A stretch of DNA of 63,661 nucleotides, counting the filler, from Lenisia limosa (lineage: Eukaryota; Protista; Breviatea): assembly GCA_001655205.1 (NCBI GenBank). It is 7 parts of 7 records of this genome, joined end to end, with 100 filler letters (N's around TTAATTAATTAA, not from the genome) between each part and the next. Parts side by side here need not be neighbours in the genome. Positions count along the whole stretch, not along the records: positions 5,247 to 23,043 come from LPNZ01009739.1; positions 23,144 to 29,236 come from LPNZ01003491.1; 5 more parts are not named here. One strand, 5' to 3'. Positions 11,788-23,268 of this stretch are shown here, in pieces. The notes beneath the pieces are model-generated. The model did not search any database. It was not told the DNA's origin and was given only the letters and a program-made list of their open reading frames with translations. The translations under genes were made by a program, and so were the position numbers. Every line of letters starts with the position of its first letter. Within the stretch, counting starts at the first letter, position 1.

Positions 11788-12468
11788 GTATCGTGTATAG
11801 AGAGAAACCCTATTCATGATATACTATGTAAAATATCTATTTATTAAGAGTTAATTGAACTTCTGGGAAGCTGTTTATTTTTCTCTCTTTTCGTCATAAT
11901 CTTTCTAAAATATGCACTGCTGTATTAAGCATTGCCTTCGGTTATCAAAAAAACACTACTCCTCGGTATATTAATATTATACATTGCTTTTTGAACCGAG
12001 ACAGGAGGCACCTTTGTCTACATGGTTGACAGAATTAGGGAAAATCACCTTTAGACAGAGCAAAGCAAGGGAGTGTGACCGCTCTTCTGTTGGACTATCA
12101 ACCTCAACGAAATTGAGTTTATTCTTGTATTCGTGTCTTCATGTTTATTTAATGAAGTTGTTTATCATGGATTGGGCTTACGGGGAACAGTCTTCGGCCG
12201 TACGTGGGCGGGGACGCCGGTTCATTCAGTAATATAGCAATGAGAAATAAAAATANNNNNNNNNNNNNNNNNNNNNNNNNNNNNNNNNNNNNNNNNNNNN
12301 NNNNNNNNNNNNNNNNNNNNNNNNNNNNNNNNNNNNNNNNNNNNNNNNNNNNNNNNNNNNNNNNNATAGATCCATGAATGAATAAGGAATAGCCCCTGCC
12401 AGAGTGGAGCTTCACGGGAGACATATAGAGCCGCAGAAGACCCACCAAAGCCCGACACTCGTTTTCTG

Positions 12469-12667
12469 TTATTGGGAGGGATATCGCTCAGTGTGTGAGT
12501 AGGCATAATACTTTCGCAGTTGGCTCATGTACCCGTTGACGACTTTGGTGAAGCTAATCTGTTTGTCCACTAGAGAGCACATAAGGCGGTCGGGTCGAGC
12601 AATGATGATTCATGTGAGGTTTTGCCAAAATGCCACGACCTGCGGGCGGCGGGTCAGTAGATGAATA
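12469..12667 (-). CDS. Hypothetical protein, last two exons (12640-12667, 12469-12569)
   Basis: Splicing a 70-nt GT-AG intron gives YSSTDPPPAVDKQISFTKVVNGYMSQLRKYYAYSHTERYPSQ*, with consistent phase 1. Confidence 0.45.
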
Positions 12668-13431
12668 CTTTAGGAAATGAATATTGGTGTACGATACTAT
12701 AGGGAATTCACCATATTCTTCATAAAATTATCCTTTACCTACAATTTACCAATTTACCTATCCCACCCCCGCAACAACAGCCTATTGGGCTTTATTGTTA
12801 TAACCCAGATATAATGACCCTGTGAGTTTCAAGCTGCAACAAAGTTGAAGTTGATTCTGAGTTTTTTTTCACATTTGGTTGATTCAAAGGCTGGATAATA
12901 TCATTGTTGTTGTTTCGACGATTTATCGAACTGAACCCCAGTTTTCCCTTGTAAAACGGTTGAATACATTGACAAAAGCGGAAGCACAAGGCATTATGCC
13001 TGAAAAGCTGATTTCTACATGACAAGCACTCTTTCAAGGGGATGTTACTTCTTACCCCCTCCCGCGAACCCCACCATTGATCTAGGGGTGGGTATACATG
13101 TAGTATATATTATATAAACTTTGTACTATATAGCATAGAGAGGTTGTCTTTTAATATGTCGGAGCGATGGGGTGAAGTTCTAGCAACGCATCAATTCTGA
13201 GCTCTCTGGAGGCAAGGGGTGTGTTCTTGTCGAAGAATTTCTAAACTGGTAGCAGAGCCAGAATTCGGGTTAGATTTTTACCTTCCTGAGTTGTAATTCG
13301 AATCAAAATTCTATTTTGGAAAAGTGGGTCAGGCTTTGTTGAGGAGCATGTATTATTTGACTTCATCTTTCTGGCTCCATATATGGAAAAGATCATACAC
13401 AGACCACGATAAGTGGGAAAGTCTAAAAAAC

Positions 13432-13617
13432 AGCCTTTTCTCTTCTGACAGCCCTTTAAAGCTTATAATGACGTTAGAAACAGAAAGTCAGACCCCCAAA
13501 ACCAAAAATGGTCGAATCAGATTTTAAAATGACGTTAGTAGGCTCCAGATATGAAGCCTGACATTTTGACTGAAACGTCGTTATAAGTTTTAAAGGGCTG
13601 TCAGAAGAGAAAAGGCT
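13432..13617. mobile_element. 186-bp MITE with 44-bp TIRs
   Basis: AGCCTTTTCTCTTCTGACAGCCCTTTAAAGCTTATAATGACGTT versus the reverse complement of the right end: 42/44 identical. No clear TSD. Confidence 0.8.
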
Positions 13618-14590
13618 TTCAAAGCCCTATTTTCCTAATTAGGCAAGTAAAGAACTTTCTGGAACTTTCGAGGTCCGAATCACAAAAATATCGCAAAAGT
13701 TATGAAACTTCCACAAACTTAATTCCAAATTTGAGAACATCCCAAAATAACAAAAAGAGCAAGATTTTTGAACTGATTATTTCAGAAAATGACCCCGGGC
13801 GCCCGGCCCGAAGTGCCAATTTTCCTGCAATTTGTCTGGCTTGTGGATCGTAAAGGATAGGTTTTTGAGGGCCAACTTCAAGGCTACAGGAGGCGATATG
13901 TTGTTAACCCAGTTTTTCAACTAAATAGTTATCTCTTATTAAAAAAATAAGATATTTTGCCAAATATCTTGGTTTTTAGCATGCATATCTATACATATAA
14001 TATTATAACACATGTAGATATTATATTGTAATATATATGTAGCTATATTATGTACTATTGCTAAAAAATCATTCATTGAAGATCGAAAATATCATGCAAT
14101 GTTTAAAATTCACTTTTAAGTATATCAAACCTGTATTTGAAACTTGATTTTGTTGGCCTCATCGTCAAAACACCCTCAACTTCAGAGCCGAATCCAAAAT
14201 AAAGCTTTTGCATGGATTTGGGCAATACACTTGATTGAACAACAAAAGGCAATTTTTTTTTGAACAATATACAGCAGAGGGATTAATACAAAAACAATAT
14301 TCTAAGTCAAAATAAAAACTCCAAAAGCAAAGTACTGCGTATCTGAAAATGAACCTTATCGTGTATTTTATTTTGGGGAAATATCTTTCAATGTTCTTTN
14401 NNNNNNNNNNNNNNNNNTCTAATCTTGATGGATGATGGCAAAAATACGAAGTTGGATTTGATAGAATATCAATTCACGCTGAGACGTTATATATTATATG
14501 GTATAATATTATAATATCTCGATGAATCGCAGTGAGACTATGAGACTACAACAAATATTCATAATAAATAAAATACATAACAAATAATCA

Positions 14591-17500
14591 TCAATAGTAG
14601 CCAGAGTAATTGTCTTGATAGCAATCATTGTACGAATTGGCAGGGCTGGAGTGATGGTGGGAGCCTCTTCCTCTTCCCCTTCCACGGCCTCTTCCGCGAC
14701 CTCTTCCACGACCACGACCTCCTCTCACCTGGAGTGATAAGACAACAAAAGGATGTCAAAGGGCAGAAATGATCAAAGAGCTGTAGAAATGAAGCTATTA
14801 TGGCTGATCGGGCTGTGGATACGGGTTATGAGGGATGTAAATAATATGGGTATTTTTTATCAAATGGCTTCAGATGGTTATTATGATCAACATGATATGC
14901 TCGTTCTATTCCTTACAAATAACAATGCTAAATGAATTTCACTTCAACCTACAAATTTATACTCCTCATCGGTAGCATAATGTTGTGAGTTCCTGGCCAA
15001 GAAGTCCTTCCGAGACTGATGAGGTTAAAAAATAGAAATGGGAAATAATTAGAGTATCAGGCCGAAGCCGACCACACCATCACGTGTATAAGGGATATAA
15101 TGATTAAAAGTACATAAGAGTCCAAAAGTCAAATTTCAGTTCCCTTAGAAAATGACCCGTAGAGTCATTTTCATTGAATAGACTCGAAATTTTACCAGGT
15201 TTTACCAGCGAAATAAAGACCACAAATCATACTTGAGGATGCATGATGAACCAACCTGAGACTTTAACCAGCCCTTGGAAAGCCCAACCAAGTGCTGAAC
15301 AACACTAAGTAAATCGTCTCTTTCTCCGTTGCTGTCCTAATGAAATTACATATTAATAAGTCCTCAATAAACCCTCAATAAATTCATTATAGATCCTCGA
15401 TAAACCCTCAAGAGCACCACGATATCCTTTATTGAAAAAGTGTATTTTGATGAGAAGAAAAGAAACCAGCATTGATGGGGTGAATTTCGAAAGTTCAAAT
15501 GACTTTAGCACCAAAGCCTCATTTATGATCACAAAAAGATGAACCAATTTCATACTCCGTAAGAAGAATTCCTGAACTTCGAGTGACAAAAAACGAACCA
15601 TTAGTGTAAAGCCAAACTCACAATGAGTGTGCAGTTTTCCGCCTCGGTGAAAGAGTCCACGCTTGGTGCTCTTACAACAGCCTCTTCCTAATATGGTAAA
15701 TAGTATCAGAGACTTCCTAATATGGTAATAGTGCCAGAGAATTCCGAATATGGTAATAGTGTGAGACTTCCTAATATGATATATTCCTAATATGGTAAAT
15801 GCCAGAGAAAACTACCTCCTCACTTGCCTCTCAAACACGTTGGCTTATAATGATGATAAACGATATTAATCACCTCCAAAATCACTATATAATACAGTGA
15901 ACTGTAATTATATCATAACAATAAATCTTCGAACATACTGCAAGAGTTGGCTTGAGAAGCTTAAAGTATTCCATATGCCAGCCCTTGTTTGCAACACCGT
16001 TGATAGTTTCGCCCATTTCTTCGTGGTCATCACTATACTGATGAACAAAGACGAATCACTATGCTGATGACACAAAGTCGAATTTCATGGCCATCACAAG
16101 CACAGTGGTGGGGGTACATTTTCCGCACACTTTCAGTAAAAAAGATACGAAAATAGTAAATTAGGGGTGAGAAACTGTCTTATTAGGAAAGAAAGTGTCC
16201 GGGAAAAGTGCCTGTACCCAAGCAAAGTGTCCTAATGAATTAAGAACAGACCTTAGATCTTGATACTCAGTATGGTCATCCAGGTCGAACTCGAACGTGC
16301 GGTCAGCTATTGCAGCCAAAGGTTGGTCAAATGCAAGGCTCCGAATCTGTACTGTTAAACAGGATTTGATACAATGATGGACGCTATTTAAATGTTTGTC
16401 CCTAAGGAATGTCAGAGTTTGATAGAGACCTGTCAACCAATCTATCCGTGGGGAATAGGGTTAACATGCATGGGTAGCAAACATGAGGATTCACCTTAGC
16501 AATATAACCGAATATGATGTTTATTGCAATCTTTTTGGGAATAATAGTAAAATCATCATTTGGCGTGCCCCAAGAGTATGGAGATTTGGATTTACCACAC
16601 ACATATGGACTGGCCAGACAAACCCCCTACAAATGACCACAATACTATCCTGATGAACGCGTACGGTTGGAAGGTCGTTTCTGTTGCTTCCAATCGGCAG
16701 AATAAGGAAAGTCATTCGTTTCCTAAGAAAATGTAAAATCACTAAAATTTGAGCAGTGGGTACACTGCACTTCGCTTATAAACGCTCATAGGATATATTG
16801 ATCATAAACTGGTCAAATGAAGAGGTACTTCTAATCGAAAATCTCCTTCTCCCTTCAGCATTCCATCATACAGGCACTTCTAATATCGAAAATCGCCCCC
16901 CCCCCATCAGCATTCCATCATACACGTCTTGGAAACCACCATCCTCAAGGTTGGCACTGGAGATGTAGCGAGGCAATAAATTGATCCATTCCACAATCTA
17001 AAGAAGTTAGAAAGAGATACGTAAGGGGTCATCCTAATTTTACAGTAAAAAATGTTACATGTTAATTGTCAGTTATCGAAATGAAGTTATATTACTAATT
17101 GTTACAATGGAGCATCATGTCGAAGTTCAAACCTCTCTAGGGTTGACCAAGGGGTAGTAGAGCATTTGGTAGCAAGAATTGGGGCAGAAATATGTTCTCA
17201 ACTGGATGGTTACATATTCAACGGCATGGGTACTCGATATGTTTACCCATATCTACAAGTAATATGATCATATGACCGACTATCGAGTCGAAATGATAAA
17301 CGAAGATAACGCGAGTGTTCATCACGAGTGTATCATAGTTTCATTGAGACTTGTCAATCAATTATCACACGAGTGAATATGAGGTATCATATCACTGCGT
17401 GGAAAATGATAGTTCACACATGTGAAAATGACCCAAAAGTGATATAATCCCGGCAGTATGTTTATTGTGGTTACACTTACTTCATGGTAGGATGTAGTGT

Positions 17501-19720
17501 ATCCCTCAATTCTCTCGTAAATATCTTGGGCCAAAAGTTCACCAGTTTCATCTTCGACCTAAAAAGGATTCCGATATCATACTAAATATGAACAATTCAC
17601 GAAAAAAACAGAAATGCCGGAAAGTTCACTCTCACGGCCTGGAAAAACAGTGTAATTTTCCGGAAAAACACTCAAAATCCAGTCAAAATTCGGGAAATTA
17701 GACAGTTTATCTCACTCTACAACTTAGAATGACTAGACAAACCCTCAATAAAAGGGACTTTAATAAACACTTCAACCGTTCTCAGTTATTTCCAGCAAAA
17801 ATACCCTTGCCTCCAGGATCAGGACCTTCTTCTGATACGCTAACTCGAGCTTTTCCCGCGAACATTACTCGTATACTCCATTATCGTTACGTACACTCGT
17901 TAGCTCCGCGACAGAAAAACCCGAAGCCGGAGGAGAGGGTTTTTCTGAAAGGAAAATTCTAGTCTTTTCGAAGATAGTGTTCATTTACTCCTCTACAGGG
18001 CTAGAGCTCACCTTTTTGCGAATGGCATATCTCCAATTGACATCCGTTTCACTGATCTACAGTGTCAAAATCTATTCAAATAAGCCCTAAAAAGTTCTTC
18101 ATGAGGTACTGCGGCTACATTCTGAATATATAATTGCAGTATTTTGCGTGGCCCAAGGATATGGATATTCTCTCACTTTCCCTCCAATAGAATCAAGATA
18201 AGACCTGGCGCGACTCAAAGTGTCCTAAAATGATAAGTATGTGGAGGACTGTTTTCTATATTTTGCAATAAAATTAAAGGGTGGAGACACAAAAACCAAA
18301 AAATAGAATTGAAAGCAGTTATTAACAATTAGGGCTTCCTTCGTCCAAAAAACTCATCTTTGTTTTTCAATAAATCCTTGATATATTTTGACTTATTGAC
18401 TGTTCCTGAAACAAAAGGCACCCCGGAAAATAGTAACAACGAAGAACTAGGGCCCGACTCGTAGTGACATACTTGGAAAATGGCAAATGACTGTCCGTTA
18501 ATTCTGAAGACTGGAATCAACCCGGCAGCGCAAATGCCCTTGTTGTTCTAAAGGTGTCAAAATAAGAAAGCCACTCTGAACCGACCAAGGCCCACAGCCG
18601 TTGGTGCCAGGGCAGAAACAGAGTTGAAGGGAGGGATCAAACCCAAAAGCAGCGCAATTGAGTTTTATTTTTAAAAACTATTTTAGCAATTGTTATCTAC
18701 CCTCCTGAGTAGGTAGATGACAAGTAAGTTAAAGTTTACTTTTTAAAAAATTTAACAATAAAATATTACTATATTACTTATTTTATCAATCGCTCACTTA
18801 AATTTGTCAGTCATATTTGTCAATCGCACTTAAATTTGTCACTCATATTTATCAATCACTCACTTAAATTTGTCACTCATATTTATCAATCGCTCACTTA
18901 TATTTGTCACTAATATTTATTAAAATAAAATCAATCTCGCCCTTATTGGGTCAACAGTCCCCGTGTCGGGCTGTGTTAGGGGCTAATGATGATAAACAGA
19001 TAAACAGCGATGATACCATTAATTAGGGCTTCCCTTAGGTCAGAAAAAGACACCAGCTTATCTCGATATATTTCGATAGAATATCACCCATTTTTTCGTC
19101 TGAGGGGAATCATGTATATTACACAACAGTTTCTTGCCCCCTCTTACCACGGCACGTGGGTTAGTGCTGTTGATCTTGAAAAGAGTTTCCTGTCCACCTT
19201 CAGGCCTGAAAGGATCAAGAGAGTTTTGTTAAAAAGACACAACCATAATAGACCCATACACAGGGGACAGGATATGTAGAAATGAGAAATAGAGAGAAAG
19301 TATCACCGAAGCCGGACACCATCACGTTTATAATGGTTCTAATGAGTTTGTACAAAATAGGGACCAGAATAGACATATAATGTAATCTGATAAATTGAGG
19401 AAATGGCAAATCAACCAGTTGGGGCAATATTACAAGTTATGCCCAAGAAGGCCCACGTGTGTCTCATTCGGCGGAATTCGGCGGAGCTCTGAACAAGTCA
19501 TTATCCAATCAAAATGTCAATCAATGTTCAACTAATCAAGACAAGGGGCAAAGAATCTGTGAAAGAGATTTTTATTGTTCGCAGTTGTAGCAACCAGGCA
19601 AGGAGGAAGAATACCTATTATATACACATGATATTGATATGACGGATTTGTTACAGTTGGCGGCAAATTTAGGAAGAAAACAGAGAAAACGGAAGAAACA
19701 GATGATGATGCAATCGCCAT
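14591..19720 (-). CDS. Multi-exon protein: divergent Nudix domain + Trl1-type polynucleotide-kinase-like domain + C-terminal RG repeats
   Basis: Phase-consistent exons 19434-19488, 19148-19205, 18473-18547, 18177-18224, 18012-18056, 17481-17558, 17133-17252, 16924-16997, 16665-16722, 16495-16626, 16252-16346, 16074-16128, 15939-16037, 15622-15687, 15256-15336, 14953-15015, 14591-14728. Motifs: ICAAGLIPVFR, GGKISETDVNWRYAIRKKVEDETG, VEWINL; MTFLILPIG, SWGTPNDDF, AIADRT, GVANKGWH; (RG)10. Start codon 19720 is tentative. Confidence 0.7.
18783..18920. repeat. Intronic minisatellite, ~34 bp x4
   Basis: TTATCAATCGCTCACTTAAATTTGTCA(C/G)TCATAT in direct tandem with no spacers. Confidence 0.9.
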
Positions 19721-20042
19721 TTTTTGGCTCAAAAGTTTGGAGGAAAGGTAAATAGCTGAAACAGAAAACAGCCATTGATGATACCAGCAACAGTAGAGCA
19801 ACAGATAAGAAACAGCAAAGAAAGTCACAGCCCTTCTTACATTGTTGTGGAAAGGGTTAGGGATCATTCTGACTTAATATTGTTTGTTGATTGAATGGAT
19901 GGGGGTCGTTGCAGTTTTGCTGTTCTGCTCTGTAGTGTTTTAGTTCTGTAGAAAAAGCAAACTTAAAAGGAGAATAAACGGAAGAAACGGAACTAGCAGA
20001 CCAGATCACAATTGGATCACAAGATCTGCTCTCCGTTTGTGC

Positions 20043-21126
20043 TCATTCTTCTTTGGTATCAAGCTTCTTTAACATATTTGTATTACTTGCTGGCTTTGCA
20101 TTTCCTTGGTTTAAATCTAGATACCTTGCGGAATCTCATTTCTTTAGGACCCCTTTTCTCGTCTGGTACAGACCATGATGCTACTACCGAGTAGAGGTAT
20201 TCGTAATTCCGGTAAGGTAGAGCCTGTAAATGTTGATCCCTCTCACAACTACGCACGGCGTGATGAATAAACCCGAAACCCGACACCCCGAATTTTCGGA
20301 TGATTTCGGGTTTAGTTTACGGGTTTATTCATCCAGGCTGCATGTGCATTGCATGTTCTTTCTAACGTCTAAAGAGTCTAAATTTCGTTAAAAATACAAA
20401 TGGAAATATAAAAAGTAACTGGGTAGATAACAAACAGGCAAAGATGGAAGCCACAGCTAACCCAAAAACCCGAAATAATTTTTCGGGTTTTCGGGTGTCG
20501 TGTTTCGGGTTTATACAGATCGCCCTACACACCACATAGACTTAGTGTGAAATCTTCCATTGATCATCATTATTAGGTAACGAATGCTTCGTGGCCAGGT
20601 CCAGGCTCTATATCACCATTCATAGTTAGACAAATTGAGTTTGGATTCTGGGGATTTAGTTCTCTTTTAGTGCGATGTCCCTTAAGCTTAAAATGATTAA
20701 ACTAGTTTAAATGTCAGTAGAGCATTAAAGAGTTGAGTTACTATGCTTTCCCTGCCTTCTTTTGGAGTCCTCTCTTTCTTTCTCCAAGTCTACTGAATGT
20801 ATTTCACTGGGGGCAATTTTATTCTGCTTTAGGAACATGCTATACCGCTACTTCCCATGACCATTCCAATCTCGGTTTAACCTATATATCATGCCGAGAG
20901 GGGGGGGGGGGTCAAAGGANNNNNNNNNNNNNNNNNNNNNNNNNNNNNNNNNNNNNNNNNNNNNNNNNNNNNNNNNNNNAACAAGTTTTTGTTGAAAAGA
21001 CTCTTGCCTAGTGTGTACTTTACAGTCAAGATTGTTACTTCCTACCTCGAAATCCTCCCTGATACTTTTCAGGACTGTGGTGAAACAAGCACTTGCCAAG
21101 AGAGTTTGCCTTGGATTGTATGTCCG
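20043..21126 (-). CDS. Hypothetical protein, 3' exons
   Basis: Exons RTYNPRQTLLASACFTTVLKSIREDFE, VKPRLEWSWE / NKIAPSEIHSVDLEKER (28-nt intron 20824-20851), ALPYRNYEYLYSVVASWSVPDEKRGPKEMRFRK, probable end KLDTKEE*. Confidence 0.45.
20262..20333. mobile_element. Small palindromic MITE with AAACCCG sub-repeats; a second partial copy at ~20460-20517
   Basis: Perfect 14-bp TIR GATGAATAAACCCG / CGGGTTTATTCATC. Confidence 0.7.
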
Positions 21127-22263
21127 CTGTTAACACAGCAAAATCGGTTAGATTAGTGTAATTGAGGAATATAACTTTTTGTTGAAACTTTCATCGTCCC
21201 CTTGTCAAATCAGCCAACTCCACAAAAGTTGAAGTTACATGTTAAATTTCACCTTTAGATGACACAAATACCATTAGTTAACACAGGTAGCAACCTGAAA
21301 GGGCTCGATAAAATCAAGCTGAGTTCAAAAGTCTTTCACTAAATTACTATCTTGCTATTGTTTTTTTATAGCTCCACCATGAGTACTTTGAACCTCTCCT
21401 TATCCGTTCCAAATTACAATTAATACTTAATTGAGGTTATATCCTTCACAGAAATCTCACTTAGGGTCTCCCTTACTCTTCTGTAATTTAGTGAAAGATA
21501 TAGTGCTCAGAACCAGCTTTTTTAGTAGTAACGCACTCTTGACGCTGCAAACCATTTTACTGTAGTATGTTTCCTCCCCAGGCTATACAGAAGACCTTTT
21601 TATCCATTCAATTACCTGGGAACCAAAAACAGTGTTCTTCCGAGAGCATCTGAACTCGACCGACTGTTACCACTTTTTGATATAGAAACTAGATTTGACT
21701 ATTAGTCTTCTATTGAAACCTCTCCCCTATGACCACAGTGCTTTGTCCACTCCATCTAGATTTGATTCAACTCTACACAGAGCTCTGTGTCCCTTTCATA
21801 ATAATACCATGAGCTTTGTATTGACGATTGCGAATTGGTTTTTGTTTTCACCTCAAAATGCTGGCCAAGTTGATTTTGTTTTATAAAGATTCCATACCAC
21901 CCTTCCAACAATTAGAAAGTACATCGAAATATAAATAACCAGCTACAGAGAAGAAACACCCAATTTGAGGCTAAAACAGTGAGGANNNNNNNNNNNNNNN
22001 NNNNNNNNNNNNNNNNNNNNNNNNNNNNNNNNNNNNNNNNNNNNNNNNNNNNNNNNNNNNNNNNNNNNNNNNNNNNNNNNNNNNNNNNNNNNNNNNNNNN
22101 NNNNNNNNNNNNNNNNNNNNNNNNNNNNNNNNNNNNNNNNNNNNNNNNNNNNNNNNNNNNNNNNNNNNNNNNNNNNNNNNNNNNNNNNNNNNNNNNNNNN
22201 NNNNNNNNNNNNNNNNNNNNNNNNNNNNNNNNNNNNNNNNNNNNNCACCCCCTCCCACCAGAT

Positions 22264-22647
22264 TTAGTCGTCATCAACATTGACAAAGCTGAGCAGACTG
22301 TCATCTCTAGTAGCTGTAAGCATGCGGTCGAAGAGGGCCCTCCACTCCTCCACTGTGTGGACGTCTCCTGGGGGGGGGGGGNNNNNNNNNNNNNNNNNNN
22401 NNNNNNNNNNNNNNNNNNNNNNNNNNNNNNNNNNNNNNNNNNNNNNNNNNNNNNNNNNNNNNNNNNNNNNNNNNNNNNNNNNNNNNNNNNNNNNNNNNNN
22501 NNNNNNNNNNNNNNNNNNNNNNNNNNNNNNNNNNNNNNNNNNNNNNNNNNNNNNNNNNNNNNNNNNNNNNNNNNNNNNNNNNNNNNNNNNNTTGGTCCCT
22601 TCTCCCGGAATAGCGAGAAGAATGTCTCGATTTGACGCTTCCTTGAT
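22264..22647 (-). CDS. Hypothetical protein fragments between N gaps
   Basis: IKEASNRDILLAIPGEG and DVHTVEEWRALFDRMLTATRDDSLLSFVNVDDD* follow AG acceptors. Confidence 0.35.
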   Translation of the reverse strand: MKEASNRDILLAIPGEGTXXXXXXXXXXXXXXXXXXXXXXXXXXXXXXXXXXXXXXXXXXXXXXXXXXXXXXXXXXXXXXXXXXXXXXXPPPPGDVHTVEEWRALFDRMLTATRDDSLLSFVNVDDD

Positions 22648-23268
22648 CTAAAGTGTTAATATTATACTTATCTACAGTTGTAGTATGATGTTTAATTTTG
22701 ATCTTGAGAGTTATTATTAATATGTATGTTTATCTACAAAATAAAGAGAAATTATTATGTTTATCACAGTGTATTATTATACATATTTATCAACAGAGTT
22801 TTCACCTAACCATTAATATTATGTGTGATCTTGATCTAATGTGTTATTTACGGACAAAGGAGACCGGCCCTGAATTTTTCGAGCCCGGAAACCGGTATTT
22901 GTTTTAGTATCCCATGTTTTTATATGATTACCAAGATTTTTAAGTTCAAAAATACAACATTTTTACCGCTTACTTTTACACAGTTCTCCTTTTCCTCGAA
23001 TTTACTTTCGGAAAGCTGGGCTCCAGAAAACTACATTGTCAGANNNNNNNNNNNNNNNNNNNNNNNNNNNNNNNNNNNNNNNNNNNNTTAATTAATTAAN
23101 NNNNNNNNNNNNNNNNNNNNNNNNNNNNNNNNNNNNNNNNNNNAGAACTTTGTGAAAAAGAAGCAATGAATCTGAAATTTCAAGACAATGAAGTGGCGGT
23201 AAGAGAGAAAAAAGCAACCCATCTTCAATTGTGTGGAAAATGGGGATCGAGGTCCCAAACCAACCCAC

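Noticed and set aside
12570-12639. Apparent in-frame TGA (12610-12612, minus strand) in VVAFWQNLT*IIIARPDRL, suggesting selenocysteine or TGA recoding
   Set aside because: The segment is better explained as a 70-nt GT-AG intron joining YSSTDPPPA to VDKQISF in phase 1. No SECIS-like hairpin or known selenoprotein motif was seen.
14591-14728. RG-repeat exon as SmD1/SmD3 or fibrillarin
   Set aside because: The upstream exons show no Sm fold or methyltransferase motifs and splice into the Nudix/kinase-like ORF.
18783-18920. 34-bp repeats as a CRISPR array
   Set aside because: They are direct tandem units with no spacers, lie in a eukaryotic intron, and have no cas genes nearby.
20824-20851. In-frame TAG/TAA codons (20848, and 42-44 in MCM4) suggesting a non-standard genetic code
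   Set aside because: Both disappear with ordinary splicing (a 28-nt intron; an acceptor at 54). TAA, TAG and TGA all serve as terminal stops in the gene models here.
21912-22651. Long ORFs in the supplied track that span N runs
   Set aside because: Their length comes from X codons in gaps and they carry no information.
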